Source: Octopus sinensis (Eukaryota). From it: a stretch of DNA of 64,000 nt. A program made the translations under genes and the position numbers. Position 1 is the stretch's first letter; each line of letters opens with the position of its first letter. The notes beneath the pieces are model-generated. The model saw only the letters and a program-made list of their open reading frames with translations, ran no database searches and was not told the origin of the DNA. Of the stretch, positions 41,488 through 56,039 are shown one piece after another. Where the stretch lies: the NCBI RefSeq assembly GCF_006345805.1, contig NC_043008.1, forward strand, positions 54,746,001 through 54,810,000, given 5' to 3'.

Positions 41488-41944
41488 ACCTACATACATA
41501 CATGAATACGCACGTACACACACACACCAACACACACACAAATGTATAATGTTTGCAAATCAATTTCGTGTAATGTCCCCCGCTTGACTGCTCCCTTAAT
41601 CATGAGCGGTGTACATGTTGCTTCACGGTTCTGCTGGTTACAGCCAGCCATGCAGCATGCAGCACACAAAAGAGGTGTTAAAAGTCAAGCGATTCAATAA
41701 CACTTGCGTAGTATCATTTCCACTCTCTGAGCAAGGTATGCATTCGTCCAAAAAGAAATAGTCGCTATCATTGGATGCAAACGAACTTGCTGTTATTGCT
41801 TAAAAGTTTCCTGCTCCTACAAACGTACATACTTACATACAAATGTTAAAAATTACCGCTCAATACCTTGGCAGAACTTTATGTACAAATTATTCACTGG
41901 GTGTCTCAAACTCTTCTCACTGGATCATTGTGCCACCTACATTA

Positions 41945-42895
41945 AAATACCTAAGCAAGCTGGAGGAAAGAAGGGGATGGTTTCAAATTTTAGCAGCAGA
42001 AGGCTAGCAATTCCGGGGAAAGTTTTCAACAGATACTTAGTTTATCGTCCCCGAAAGGAGAAAGGCAGAGTCGACTTCGGCGGAATTTGAACTCATGCGG
42101 ATGAAAAGCCGCAAAGTATTTTGTCTGGCGCGCTAACGATTCTGCCAGCTCGCCACCTTATTTGAAACGAATATCAATGCTGGAGGTCCGACTTTGCCTT
42201 TCTTCTTTTAAAGTACCAGTTGCCTTTTATCTTTTAAAATAAGTACCAGTTGAGCACTGGAGTCGACGCAATCGACTTAACCCCTCCTCTCAAATTGCTG
42301 GCCTTGCGCCAAAATTTGAAAACAGCATTAATGCTGGAGGTTCACTTTGCTTTTCATCCTTTCAGGGTCGAAAAAGTAAGTACCTGTTGTGCGCTGGGGT
42401 CGACGTAATCGACTTATTCTCTCCCACAAATTTGCAGGCTTTGTGCCTGAACTCGAAACCAAAATTAAATGTTTGAGTAAAGGCGGTGAGCTAGTAGCAG
42501 AGTCGTTAGCATACTTGACAAAATGCTTAGCGGTATTTCGTTAGCCGTTACGTTCTGAGTTCAAATTCCGCCGAGGTCGACTTTGCCTTTCATTCTTTCG
42601 GGGTCGATAAATTAAGTACCAGTTACGCACTGGGTTCGATATAATCGACTTAATCCGTTTGTCTGTCCTTGTTTGTCCTCTATGTATTTAGCCCCTTGTG
42701 GGTAGTAAAGAAATAGGTATTTCGTCCATCTTTACCTTCTAAGTTAATTTCCGCAGATATCGAATTTGCCTTTCATCCTTTCGGGGTCGGTAAAATAAAA
42801 ACCGTTTGAGCAGTGGCGTCGCTGTAATCAACTTGGCTCCGCCCCCGAAATCTCTGGCCTTGTGCCAAAATTTGAAACGAATATTAATGCTGGAG
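41945..42895. mobile_element. Cluster of family A SINEs in both orientations
   Basis: A minus copy at 41945-42165 and plus copies at 42185-42895. Further copies: 5032-5270, 6780-6985, 8062-8232, 18490-18630, 21795-21925, 37798-38030, 41003-41232, 44705-45110, 52065-52470, 61150-61265. Confidence 0.8.
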
Positions 42896-45269
42896 TAAGA
42901 CGATGCGTAAAGATGTTTGAAATATCTTTACTATGGAATTAAACCCTGCTTGAATCACATGGCATACATTACAGAAGGTGGTAGATAGATAATCACAATA
43001 TTTTAATACATTTTATAACACTGCATTGATATCTAATGTGGCTGAATGATCTATTTCAAACTGCTATTTGGGACAGTAAATGCTAGCAGCTAGCATATCA
43101 AATTAAATATCTTTTCTTTGCATTCACGCTAGTAATATAGTATAATATGGTATGCCTGTCATGTACAAAAGCCAGCGTTAGTTACATTTTTGGTGATAGA
43201 ATTAGATTGAGAGTTACTGAATGTGTTTGAAGATCGACTACGTAAAAAGACATTTAAATCATAATGTCAAGTTGGGGAGTAACGTGGAAGTTAGTAAAAA
43301 TTAAACAAAGCAGCGGAATAAATCTTTTAGTAATGGGAGCAAATACGCAAATGCCAAGAAGCATAGATTAAAGAATATAAAGTGGGAGGTAACAAAGTAA
43401 AGTGAAAGAAGTGAAAATAATGGTTGACAATTATTGCTTGTCGTGTACAGAAAGTTCTTGAATCATCTCTTTCCACGATATCTATCGTTATACTACCAAA
43501 ATTTTGGTGCAGTAAAATTATGCGCTTGATTCGTTGAGTGAATTAATTCTCTGGTGTTGAAAAATGATGCGAATGATATCAGCAATATTCTCTCTCTGTG
43601 TCTCTGTCTCTCTTTCTCCCCTCTCTCTCTATTTCTTTCTATCTCTCTCTTTCTTTCTCTCTCTTTCTCTTACCGCACATTAATTTGTGTGTGAAGTTAA
43701 CGTCATTTCACAGTGTAAAGTATTGAGTTTATATATCAGATTTCGTTCGTCTAAAACCAACAGTAACTAAATAATATTCGTGGGAATGACACAGCGCATG
43801 CGATAGGAAGTCAATTTTGATAGTAAATCAATAATTCTATATTTGATAACGAATTGGATCTGTAAAAGGAAGGAAATTTGTTGAGCTCCTGTGAAACTAC
43901 TGTCATGCTCGAATAATGCAGTGGGTGTTGCTAGCATTACTGAAAAATTCAACAGGTCATCCGTAAAGATATCCCGATTTGAGAAATTAACCTGGATCGC
44001 AAAATGTGATGTAATTTTATGCAGGCCATTAAATGGCGTTTAGAGGATGCGAAGAGATTTTGAAGAAATAGATCGGTTATTATTGTTGTTGTTATGGGTG
44101 TTATTGAATTTGTTATTGTTGTTGCTATTTAGCTTTGGTCTTCCTGAGCAGATTTATAATGCAATGTCTTCCAACTGCGACTTTTATTTTAAGGCTGAAT
44201 AGTGTATTTAGATATCTAGTAATCCTTCTTGTAAGATGATAGGGTGCGATTTGAAGCGGAATTCGCTGCCATATCTAGTCAGAGACTAAAGATATGACCA
44301 CTCGTTGGCTTGTGAAAGAATAGTTACAATTTATTTTCAATTAACGGCTAATGAAGAAGCAATCTAGTATTTCTCATTCGGATTCGAACAGGAAAACATA
44401 TTGAAAACATATGTGGAATGCACAAGAGTGGTAGAAGTACGCTGTGTTACGGAGTTTTATCCCCGTTCCCAGGGCTTTTATATTCACCAAGCAAAAATAG
44501 GAAAACCAAAAGCACAACATTGAGGGCAGGTTGCTCACCCCAGCTCCGAATGGGAAAACATTATTACTTGTATTGATCCAGAAACAGGCATTTATCTCAT
44601 TCTGCAATTATTTTACTAAAAAATATAAACAAGTATATGATAGCTTCCTAGTGAACTGAGAGAGTGGATTATACTTTAATTATCAATAGCATGAAAAACA
44701 TTTTAGGCGGCAAGCTGGGAGGATCGTTAGCACGCCAGGTAAAATGCTTAGCATCATTTCGGCGGTCTGTACGTTCTGTGTTCAAATGACGTCGTGGTCG
44801 TTTTAATCGTTCAAAATTTCTGTGTCGATGAAATAAGTACCAGTTGAGGCACTGAGGTAAGTAATTTGAATGCAATTTTATGAAAAACATTTAGGACGGC
44901 GGGCTGGCAGAATCGTTGCTGCCTCAGACAAATGCATAGCGGCATTTCATGTCTTCACTTTCTGAGTTCAAATTCCGCCAAGCTTGACTTTTCCTATCAT
45001 CCTCACGGGGTCGATAAAATAAGTATGAATTCAGTGCTGGGGTAAACGACTTATCACTCACCCCCTTAAAATTACTGGCCTTGTGCCAAAGTTTGAAACC
45101 AATATTAGGAGAAACATTAATAGTTTTGGTAAAAGGTTATGACGAAATTCGAAGTCGGCTGTTTAAGTAAACAACCATTCCGAAAAAAGCTATTAGTGAG
45201 AAAAGACTAGAATGCAACGAGATGGAAATTGCCAAATACGCACACACTTACGCCCCCGCCCCACATATA

Positions 45270-45504
45270 CCTATTTCTTTACTACCCACAAGGAGCTAAA
45301 CACAGAGAAGACAAACAAGGATAGACAACCGGATTAAGTCAATTATATCGACCCCAGTGCGTAACCGGTACTTAATTTATCAACCCCGAAAGGATGAAAG
45401 GCAAAGTCGACCTCGGCGGAATTTGAACTCAGAACGTAACGGTAGACGAAATACGGCTACGCATTTCGCCGGGCGTGCTAACGTTCCTGCCAGCTTGCCG
45501 CCTT
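45270..45504 (-). mobile_element. SINE family A monomer with target-site duplication
   Basis: 14-bp TSD CCGCCCCACATATA at 45256-45269 and 45505-45518. It has a tRNA-like head, a central GGTCGACTTTGCCTTTCATCCTTTCGGGG box (Meta-domain-like, unverified) and a 3' end at AAAGAAATAGG. Confidence 0.88.
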
Positions 45505-46234
45505 CCGCCCCACATATATTGTCGTCGTGGGCTTAGCCGATCCGAGAATGTATCTCGCTTATTTCAGTTACTTTTGTTTTCATGACCTCTCGAGTGATAG
45601 AAAACTCAGATTTCATCGAAATATTCGGTAACATTCTCTGCACGGCATTGTTAGCAGTTTTTGCTGATGGCGTTAGTTTTCTCTTTCTCATCTGACGATT
45701 CCGTTGTTGCTTTAAGAATTTGCAGAGATAACAATAGAACTTTTACCATTGCTTTGTATCCTTTATAGAAGTTCCGAAATCCTTCCGTTGGATACTACAG
45801 AGTGTCAGGTTTCGCTTCAAGGCGTCACTCAACCTCATTTCTGGTCTTCTATGATGACGTTTTCCTGTTGATAGTTGACGTTAAAAGATGGTCTTCAGAA
45901 ATCGCTATTTGTTCTTCTTTCGGTATTTGCCATTTTTGCTTGTCTAGGAAATAAGTGACGATCTTCTTTTGTTCTCTGAGCGAAATTTTAATAGTGGAAA
46001 CGTTCGAGCTGTTTGATGTGACATCAATAAAGAGATCACGTCTCGCAAGAATAGAAAAGTGTACTGTTCTTTAACGCTAGGTACACAGACATCGTGGTGG
46101 TAGTTTTGAGTTTAGGGTTCTTGATGACGCCCTCATAAAGTTTTCCATAGGCAGTAAGGGCTGCACGTATCAGGTTATTAATGAAGAAATGACGGAACTA
46201 AAGTAGGGTATTCAGGAAATATATTTCATTGGGT

Positions 46235-46660
46235 TACTCTTTACTCTTTTACTCTTTTACTTGCTTCAGTCATTTGACTTCGGCCATGATGGAGCACCGC
46301 CTTTTAGTCGAGCAAATCGACCCCGGGACTTATTCTTTGTAAGCCCAGTACTTATTCTATCGGTCTCTTTGGCCGAACCGCTAAGTGACGGGGACGTAAA
46401 CACACCAGCATCGGCTGTCAAGCAATGCTAAGGGGACAAACACAGACACACAAACACATACACACACACACATATATATATATATACATATATAGGACAG
46501 GCTTCTTTCAGTTTCCGTCTACCAAATCCACTCACAAGGCATTGGTCGGCTCGGGGCTATAGAAGAAGACACTTGCCCAAGGTGCCACGCAGTGGGACTG
46601 AACCCGGAACCATGTGGTTGGTTAGCAAGCTACTTACCACACAGCCACTCCTGCGCCTAA
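46235..46660 (-). mobile_element. SINE family B, full length
   Basis: Reverse complement of the 59810-60275 consensus with a (CTCTTTTA)n tail. Other copies: 49215-49625, 50585-50990; heads only at 4845-4985, 15725-15885, 59355-59500; tail at 7445-7670. Confidence 0.85.
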
Positions 46661-46689
46661 TTATTTTGATGTTTTGTTGGGTCAACCAT

Positions 46690-46900
46690 GGAGTAGGTTG
46701 GTGCATCTATTGAGTTTTTTTCATGTTAAGTGTTAAAATATAATCTTCATATGATGAAATCCAGGACTTAATTTGTTTGCCGTGGATTTGGTCTTCATTG
46801 GATCAAAATTGCCAGATTGCCAACGCAGTCTTTTCCCAGTACTTTCTTGCAAACGCGATGATTTTCTTTTTCGAACTCCTGCATTTAAGTCACCCACTAC
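46690..46900 (-). pseudogene. LINE AP-endonuclease fragment
   Basis: A VVGDLNA motif, with an EDYILT (NEIDYIL-like) motif downstream in another frame. Confidence 0.5.
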
Positions 46901-46926
46901 ACACATAGATACATGTATGTATGTAC

Positions 46927-46961
<35 letters not shown>

Positions 46962-47499
46962 TGTATGTATGTATGTATGTATGTATGTATGTATGTATGT
47001 ATGTATGCATGCATGCATGTATGTATGCATGTATGTATGTATGTATGTATGTATACATAATACATATACTAGGTATACACATACATAATTATATGTACAT
47101 GTACATGATACATATACATATTTTTACATACGTATTATATGTATATGTACAAATGTTATATATATATATATATATATATATACGAGTGCATAAATATAAA
47201 TGTATACGCATGCATATACTAGATAAATGTTATATAAATACGTAAAGATGTATGTATGTATGTTATGTAAGTAAGAAATATAAAGCTGTCACTCCTTTAC
47301 TTTATCTTCAGATAGCAACCTAAAAGAGCATATTTTCATCTGTCACTCCTGAAACCTTGTTCTTGTATAATCCTTTTAACTTATTCTGCTGACTGAAACC
47401 AGTTACCTGCGACCATGCTAGGGCATTATCATAAATGCTATAGAATCTTGTATTACCTTTATGTTTAAGATTTGGTGAAAGAAGAATAAATGAAAACCT

Positions 47500-48230
47500 T
47501 TGGTGTTGTTGTCCCTACAGTGAACCCCTTGTAATGATGCAGGTTTTCAGAGATCTTTCACACTAAAATATCCAAATGTTCTTTTGATTTGAGTAATTCA
47601 ATCCATGCATATTTCTTGCACCTAGTGAGAAAAGCTTGACTCATTTGAATGCCAACATTTGATAGGGTACGATAGGGGATAAATTTGGCATCCAGATCAG
47701 AGATTTCCAGTGGGTTTACTACCAGAGTTTAGTACCGGTCACCCCAAGATCTTCGAAATATACATATTGCTGAATAACCGTTTCAAGTTCCCTGAAGGTC
47801 GGACATTCGAAAGCGTTCAATCCGTGACAGAAATTTAATTGCAATATATAGACGATCTAAGGGGTCGAACTGGCAGAGACTTTAGCACACCGGGCCGAAA
47901 TGCTGAACGGTATTTCGTCTGTCCTTACGTTCTGAGTTCAAATTTCGGGGTCGATAGATTAAGTACCAGTTGCGTACTATGGTCGATCTAATCGACTGGC
48001 TTCCTCCTCCAAAACTTTGGGCATTGTGCCTAGAGTAGAAAACAATATATGGACGATCTTCATAGTGGAGGGCCATTGAATTGCTTCGAGTTGAGAGTGA
48101 GTTCGACACCATGAAAGCATAGCTGAGGGGAAAAGCCATTTCTGTAACAGGATCCATGTAATCTCTTGTTGTTCTGTTAGAAATATTTTCAGGAATTCAA
48201 GCAACCAGTCATTTGCACCCTGTTACCATC
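47500..48230 (+). pseudogene. Possible highly decayed LTR-type reverse transcriptase
   Basis: Motifs VPTVNP, SFDLSNS, QWV-LLPEF (frameshift) and QYMDDL occur in roughly the RT order and spacing. A SINE interrupts it at YMDD. A diverged second copy lies at about 49630-50080. Confidence 0.35.
47859..48042 (+). mobile_element. Family A SINE with 17-bp target-site duplication
   Basis: CAATATAT(A/G)GACGATCT at 47842-47858 and 48043-48059. Confidence 0.85.
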
Positions 48231-49429
48231 TTTAGATATAAAAACTTAAGATATGAACCTGAGAAAGTGTGACTTTATTTATGATAATTACCAGGTATCA
48301 TACAGGTCCCCAACATAGTATTACAATCTCTCATAGGTGTGTGTCCATGTAGTAGTGCACGACAGCAGTGACCACCAAGGAGACAAATACCAGCTTCTAC
48401 CTATAAAATACTAAAGAAGATTTTGCCCGTCTCACTTAACGGGAACATTAAGTAAGGGTAAGATTCAAAAGTGTAAAACATCCTTAAATTTATTACACAT
48501 GGCAATCTGTCCGCTACTTTTAAGTTCTCGAAGACCTGCGTCCCCGAGGAAATTGCCCTCCACCTATGAGAAACGCTGGCGTTAAAGGGATGATAGCTAC
48601 ATGCAAATAACTTTCTACCATTAGATGTTACTTCCATCATCAATATCTATAAAGCTGAAATGCGAAAAAGGTTCATTTGATTTCTTGGTTGTTTATCTCA
48701 TTTTGGGGTGGGAACGGTTTAAGGGGCGGTAGATGGGGTCGGATTGGCGCCAAAATTTACACTGGGGGTAAAATGGGGTGGCAAGTCGCTCGAGGCTACC
48801 GTTTGATTGCCCTCACCACCAAAACCCGAGCGAAGCACGGGTCAAAATAGCTTGTCTTATTTATAAATGGCCTTGAGAATTTTCAGTAATTTGCCGACAA
48901 CATAATTGCTTTTCAGTGTTTTCCGTATTCTGGCAATATAATTATAACTGCTGGTAGTGGGCTGTCTTGTAACTGAAGTCACATCTAGAAGATCAATTAC
49001 AGAGAGTAACGACCTACCAAAATAGTCTCCAAGGCGCTGAGCCAAATCTGTCGACACTTTTATGTGTCTTTACTTGCCTTAGAAAATCACACTATTACAC
49101 TTGTAACTTTCCAGTTCTGTTGAAATCATATAACAAATGACATAAACCACGATAAATTTCTCCGACAACGGGTGAAGAGACATTTTATTATTCAATCACA
49201 AGTATTGAATATTACTTACTCTTTTACTCTTTTACTTGTTTCAGTCATTTGACTGCGACCATGCTGCAGCGCCGCCTTTAGTCGAGCAAATCGACCCCAG
49301 GACTTATTCTTTGTAAGCCCAGTACTTATTCTATCGGTGTCTTTTGCCGAACCGCTAAGTTACGGGGAGGTAAACACACCAGCATCGGTTGTCAAGCAAT
49401 GCTAGGGAGACAAACACAAACACACACAC

Positions 49430-49464
<35 letters not shown>

Positions 49465-50001
49465 CGACGGGCTTCTTTCAATTTCCGTCTACCAAATCCA
49501 TTCACAAGGCTTTGGTCGGCCCAAGGCTATAGTAGAAGGCACTTTCCCAAGGTGCCACGCAGTGGTACTGAATCCGGAACCATGTGGTTGGTAAGCAAGC
49601 TACTTACAACACAGCCACTCCTTCGCAAGTAATTTTCAAGTATCGGTCACTCCAAGATCTTCGAAATATATATTTATTTTTTGTTTCAGCTCAGAGCTGC
49701 GGCCATGCTGATGCACTGCCGTTTTTTTTCTTTTTTCTCTATAAAATAACAATTTTAATATTATTTCCTCTTTTACTCTTTTACTTGTTTCAGTCATATA
49801 TATATATTACTGAATAACTGAATAACTGCTTTTACTTCACCGCTGGGCAGGCATTCAAAAACGTTTAATCTGTGACAGGAGTTTAAGTGCAATATATAGA
49901 CAACCTTCTTAGTGGAGGGGCCATTGAATTGCTTCGAGTTCAGAGTAAGTTGTGAGAACATAACCGAGGAAACACCTTTAGACAAATGAAAGCAATTTCT
50001 G

Positions 50002-50260
50002 TATCAGGGTCCATGTGATCTCTTGTTCTTTTGTTAGAAATATTCTCTGGAATTCAAGCAGCCAATCATTTGTTACCTGGGATACGGTATCAGGGTCCAT
50101 GTGATCTCTTGTTCTTTTGTTAGAAATATTCTCTGGAATTCAAGTAGCCAATCATTTGTTACCTGGGATACGGTATCAGGATCCATGTGATCTCTTGTTC
50201 TTTTGTTAGAAATATTCTCTGGAATTCAAGTAGCCAATCATTTGTTACCTGGGATACGGT
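50002..50260 (+). repeat. Three tandem 86-bp units followed by a ~49-bp duplication
   Basis: TATCAGG(G/A)TCCATGTGATC at 50002, 50088 and 50174. AGTCTTGACCATTTG at about 50264 and 50313. Confidence 0.9.
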
Positions 50261-53200
50261 AATAGTCTTGACCATTTGATTTATTGTCAGTCATCAGTCA
50301 CCCATCAACATGAGTCTTGACCATTTGATTTATTGTCAGTCATCAGTCACTCATCACCATGTGGGGAACGCAATCAATGTTTTCCTCAGTGGTGGCAGTT
50401 GCAAAACATTCAGCCTATAGGTCATTTTTCCTCTCCTAAATACCGCTGCCCACTTTTTCACTCTAGATAAAACTGGAGCGTCGTCCCCTAATGTAATAAC
50501 CCCTAATGTCAGCATGTCAGCATGAATATTCTTGGGGAGGCGTGTTAAACCCTTTTTATCCAGGTAGTTGATAACACCACGTATTTTTTAAAGTCTGGTA
50601 CTTATTCTGTCATCACCATTGTCTAACCATTAAACTACGTGTATGTCAACAAACCAACACCTGCTGTCAAGCAGTGTTAGGGGACAAACACAATATAAGT
50701 ACAAAGACACACGCACACACACACACACACATGTATATCTATACATACACATATCTACAGACGCACACACATTACACGCACACACACACATTACACGCAC
50801 ACACACGCACACACACGCACACACACGCACACACACACGACGGCATCTCTCGGATTCTATTCTACCAAATTCGCTTACAAGGCTCTGGTCGGCCGGGAGC
50901 TGACACTTGGTCACGGTGCCAGGCAGTGGGAATAAACCCCCAAATCATGTAGTTGGGAAGTTACCTTTTTGCCACACATCCATGCATGCGCAAATTCATT
51001 TTGTGGGTTGGTTTCTCTCTGAAGTGATTTCCTGCCCAACTTGTAGAAATTTTGCCAGCAAATATCTGAACTCCGTTTTGTGAGCCGTTGAGCAACAGAT
51101 TAAAATAATCACACATTGTTAATTCATGTTATTTTTGACCTTCACATTATGAATAAAGTATGCACTGTTTTTAAAACGTTGATCTTGAGTGCTATTAATT
51201 CTGGCTGGGTAGAGAATAATCTACTTCATTGAACACCGTGTTGGCGAGGTCAAGCATAGAGATTCTGCATATCTTCGGTGTTGTGACATTCTCCAGAAAA
51301 TATAGTCCTGTGGCTATCTGAGGTTTGGACGATTAAGGTCATTCAAACGGAAATATTTCTAAGCCGATTCAGTTCCCTTAATAACGCTTCTATATTTTAG
51401 AAGCATTCCTCTAATATTATACACTGATTCGTGACATCTGGTGGGCGATTATGCTGTACCTATCACTGTATGAAGTTATTCTTAAAGGTATAGAATGATT
51501 TTATGTGTGACAACAAAATGAAGGATGTGATAGCATCAAAAATTTACTCCACAGTGACATTTCATGATGGTTGATTTTTATGTCTATATCGGCAGGCATA
51601 ACCTCGTAGTTAAGAAATTCGCTTTGCAGCCGCGTGATTTCAGGTTCAGTTCCACTGTGTCATCCCAAATGCTCAAGCTTTGTGCGCCGACTATTGCCTT
51701 CTGAGGGAATTCGGTACACAAAAGCATGGCTGTGTGGTAAGAAGTTTGCTTCCGAAACACATGGTTTCGGTTTTAATCCAACAGAGTGCAACCTTGACCA
51801 AGTGTCTACTATAGCTTCGGACCGACCAAAGATGCAGGAGGAAACATTGAGAGAAAGTTGTGGCGAAAGAGTCACCAGAAATTCGCAATTACCTTCTGCC
51901 GGAGCCGCGTGGAGCTAAGGTGTTTCGCTCATAAACACACACATCGCCCGGTCTGAGATTCGAACCCGCGAACCCTCGACTGCGAGTCCGCTGCTCTAAC
52001 CACTAGGCCATGTGCTTCTACTTAATTGTTACCTTACAGAAGTTTTATCAGAAAGAATTTTTAAGGCGTCGAGCTGGCAGAAACGTTAGCGAATCGGACA
52101 AAATGCTCAACAAATTATTTTCCAGCTATTTTCGTTCTGATTTCGCTGAGATCGATTTTGCATTTCATCCTTTTGTGATTGCTAAAATAAGTACCAATTG
52201 TGCACTTTAACCGAGGTAATCGACCAACTACTTCCTCTCAAGAATGCTGACCTTGTACCAAAATCAATAAAATACAGTGACCTGGCAGAATCGTTAACAA
52301 GCCGAGCCGAATGCTTGGCGACATTTCGTCCATATTTACGTTCTGAGTTCAAACTTCTGCCGAAGTCGACTTTGCTTCTCACGCTCCCGGGGTCGATAAA
52401 GTATTGCAATTTGATAACAAATATCGATGCAATCGACTTACCCCCTCCTCCAACATTTCAATCTTTGTAACTTTAAGAGAAAGGGGTCCTGTGTTTTATT
52501 ATTTCTTGTAGCTTTGCGTTATGGCGGGAGAAACTTTACATACATTGAAGCTGCATCATAATTCACTTTACGTATTCTTACTTTACGTACGTTATTTTTA
52601 CATGTTGCCAAAGAAACAATTGCCTAATTGCTATAACTTGTCCTACTTAACTTGCATTCAAGCAGGTACAAACAACAATATATGGCTACATGAACATCTG
52701 TTCCCCAGGAACTTCATTTTATTTTGTCATTGACGTTTATAAGACAATAGGGTTTATGAAGTGTTATTTTATACTGGTCAAATGCATCGGGCATCTGTGC
52801 TTGTTCTCTGGGATTTACAAATTTAGTATGGTAGAACTTCCCATGAGCATAGCTATAGTTCTTTCACTCTCTTTAAGCTCGCAGTCACATTTCTAAAACA
52901 CATACAAGTGGTGTCCTCTCATTATTCATGTCAAATTTGGTACAGCTGCAGATTTTGATTTATAATTTCTTTTCCTATTTCTTCATTTGGTAGTAATTAG
53001 TCTGGTTTTGTAATGAAGAAATATTTTCGTTTTTATTTTCTATAGTTTTAAGTTTCGTAAGTGCTGTAACAGACGGTGGTTCTTGTTTCGTTCCAAGACT
53101 TTACTTCGTTTTATTCTCAACATTCGCGTTTGCATCGCCGCTACCGTTATGGTAAAACATATTGGTACTAGATGTAACTTTACGGTGTATTAAATTTACA

Positions 53201-54416
53201 ATTAACAATTTCATTTTTATGACGATCTCCGGTACACACCTCGCGCCTGTGTATGTATAAGTGGGTGTGTGTATGTATAAGTGTTTATGTGTTTATGTGT
53301 TTGTGTTTAGATGTAATGTATGTGTGTATGTGTGTGTTTGTGTGTGTATATACTCTCGTAATCAAAAACCTAGCGACCTAGGACCTCCCTCATTTTCTCA
53401 ATCTGGTTTTCCAACTCAAAAGTATGGAGGTGAGATCCAATTATATCGATCTCTTTAGGGAATCGATCAGCAAGGGCCTAACCCTAACCCTCCGAGCATT
53501 ACTACTCACCAGAGAAATGTTCGCCAAACTACAAAATAAGAATTCATTGACTTGCAACTTGTAAAATCTTCATCAGATGACGATTCCAAAAGATTCTATC
53601 GATTACTCCACAGGTTTCAACAACCATCAGCATGTCAACAATTTCAGAAGAAATCGTCAGACTTCCAGAGATGGCATATATTTCCTGAGACTGGATTATT
53701 GTGAGCTGGAATGACTATTGTAATTCCATGCGATACTTAGAGAGAGGAATTGAATACATAAGGGATGCACGGCAGTCACTTTTTGGGAAAATACGGAGTA
53801 AACGTCCAGTACACAGCACCATTTTGTGCATATTTACAAAAAAAGCATCAGCAAGGCAGATTTGTGCATGTATCTGAAATAAAGGTTACGGTCTCCACAG
53901 TGGAAGTAGTATCCTGAAACTGCATAACTGTATCAGGTAACAGGCACAAACACTACAACTAAGAAACATCTGGAAATTTATCAAAGCTAAAACGACCCAG
54001 TTAACATCAAGGCAACAAAGCGGAACATCTAAAATGTGAGGATTTCGTAGACTTTCCTTATTAACAAACATCACAAATGGACGCGAACTATAGAAGCGGT
54101 TAGGCTATTATAAGTCTTCGCACGTCGCATACTTTGACCCACGATACGAATTCGACTTCTACATTCATTTTCTGGTCATGACAAAGATGTCTTCAGCACG
54201 AAATATAAAGCAATAGAGGGTAAAGCTTAAGCAACTGATTTGACTTCCTAATACTGTTTTTTGATACTTTATTTCTAGTTTGCATGGTACAGGCTTTTAA
54301 AAGACTTTAACAATACATACGGCGTTATGATATTGCCTTGGTGTAGTGATTGGTGCGGCCAACAGTTTTCAGGAGGAACAGAGTTCAATTCCTCAGGGTT
54401 ATGTTAGAACTTTTCC

Positions 54417-54478
<62 letters not shown>

Positions 54479-54664
54479 TATTAAGGTGGCTATTCGCAAT
54501 TTACAACCGAAAGGCAACAAGTATAGTCGTCACAAAAGTGATGGATGGTGCAAGTGAGCTCCACCATTGCTAGAGATAAGAGTCAAAATAACTCTTAGCC
54601 ACTTAGGAGCACCTTTGTAACGACTGACAAGAAGAGACAAGCTCCACATCTACAAGCGAGATGG

Positions 54665-54707
54665 CGTCTTATCAGCGCTGATTTCAGATTCGATTAATCT
54701 TCATGAG
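54665..54707 (-). ncRNA. Relic hammerhead motif, truncated by (TA)n
   Basis: CTCATGA (G5>C)-AGATT-AATCG-AATCT-GAAA-TCAGCGCTGA-T-A-AGACG. Stem III is the 12-nt palindrome ATCAGCGCTGAT. The 5' arm of stem I is replaced by microsatellite. Confidence 0.55.
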
Positions 54708-54772
54708 TATATATTTATAATATATATATATATTTTTCTCTCCTTTTTTCTCTCCTTGTTTTTTCTGTGTCC

Positions 54773-54808
54773 CTTTCTGTAGAAGAGCGTAGGCTCGAAA
54801 CGTAAAAG
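54773..54808 (+). ncRNA. Minimal type I hammerhead motif with variant core
   Basis: CTTT-CTGTAGA-A-GAGC-GTAG-GCTC-GAAA-CG-T-A-AAAG. Stems I and II are perfect and the core has A6>U. Related degenerate copies lie at 13812-13849 (+), 27884-27918 (-) and 36326-36362 (-). Confidence 0.62.
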
Positions 54809-54905
54809 ACTTTTTCTATCGGTTTGTTTTGTACACCACCTGTCTTCGTCTTTTGTTTTTTTTTTTGTAAACTCTCCTTATATATATATATATATAATAT
54901 ATATA

Positions 54906-54938
<33 letters not shown>

Positions 54939-55357
54939 ATTGGCTACACTGTTTTGAAGAAAAATGCTTGCAGACTAAAAGAGTTGAGATGTTCTTGTTT
55001 ATATTTTGGCAACATTATTATATTAGGGTATTAATCTATCTTGATAAAAAGCAAGACATGTCTATGCCAAAGAAATAACTGAATAGAGGGTGTTTCTAAC
55101 TTGTATTCTATAATTTTGATGTATTATTTACATTGATCAATTTTGGTCTACTTTTTAAACCTTTATTTCCATTAATTTATTTTGGTATTTTTATGACTTG
55201 AATCTACGTGCTGCTATCAAGGGAATGCAAAAAACTAAATATGGTTATAGAATAATGGGAAATTACATGTGAGCCAGCTGGCCTCCCCAAGTCACTCACC
55301 TTATTATATGTAGCAAGTACACAGCACATTTATATAAAATTTATATTATAATATGTA

Positions 55358-55615
55358 TTGGGTTGTCTGGAAAGTTCGTGCCCATTTATAGTAGCTTAGA
55401 TTCCGACTTATTTTAGAACATGGTTGAGTCCATAAAATAGGATTTGGCTACACCTCCATTTAGAGCACAGTTTAAGCTATCTTTTCGTGGAAGAAGGTTT
55501 ATGTTCCTATAACCTGTGTTAATTCTGTAACCCTTTGAAATGGAAGATAAGAAAGTTCATTTTCGGCACTTGAGGCTTTGGGAACCAGACGAAAATTTCT
55601 GCAGCTCGGCTGAGA
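55358..55615 (+). mobile_element. Mariner transposon 5' end (truncated)
   Basis: TA followed by TTGGGTTGTCTGGAAAGTTCGTG (mariner-like TIR). The ORF start MEDKKVHFRHL at 55540 resembles mariner N-termini. Confidence 0.65.
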
Positions 55616-55686
55616 TGTGTTACCCCATCTTATATATATATATGTATGTATCTATGTGTCTGTATGTGTGGGTATGGGTGTGTGTC

Positions 55687-55728
<42 letters not shown>

Positions 55729-56039
55729 TATTTGCATGAATACTTGACTTGTTCTTTCTACGTTCAGTTTTATTGTCTTTAAAACAGTACACGTCTTCAG
55801 TGAAAATAGATATTATGGCTTAAAAAACAAAACGGAAATAAATCTATAGACAAAGAATTAGCGGAGAAACAGTGGGTTGTAAACTGTAAATTGATATTCA
55901 TATTTCTTGTTAAATATTCATGTTTTTGTTAACGTTACATTGATATAGCAATTTGTGTCACCGCGTATTTGAATCAATTTTACTTCACCGATGAAGAAAC
56001 ACGTCCTAAACAGCTACTGTCTCACGCATGCACGCACAC

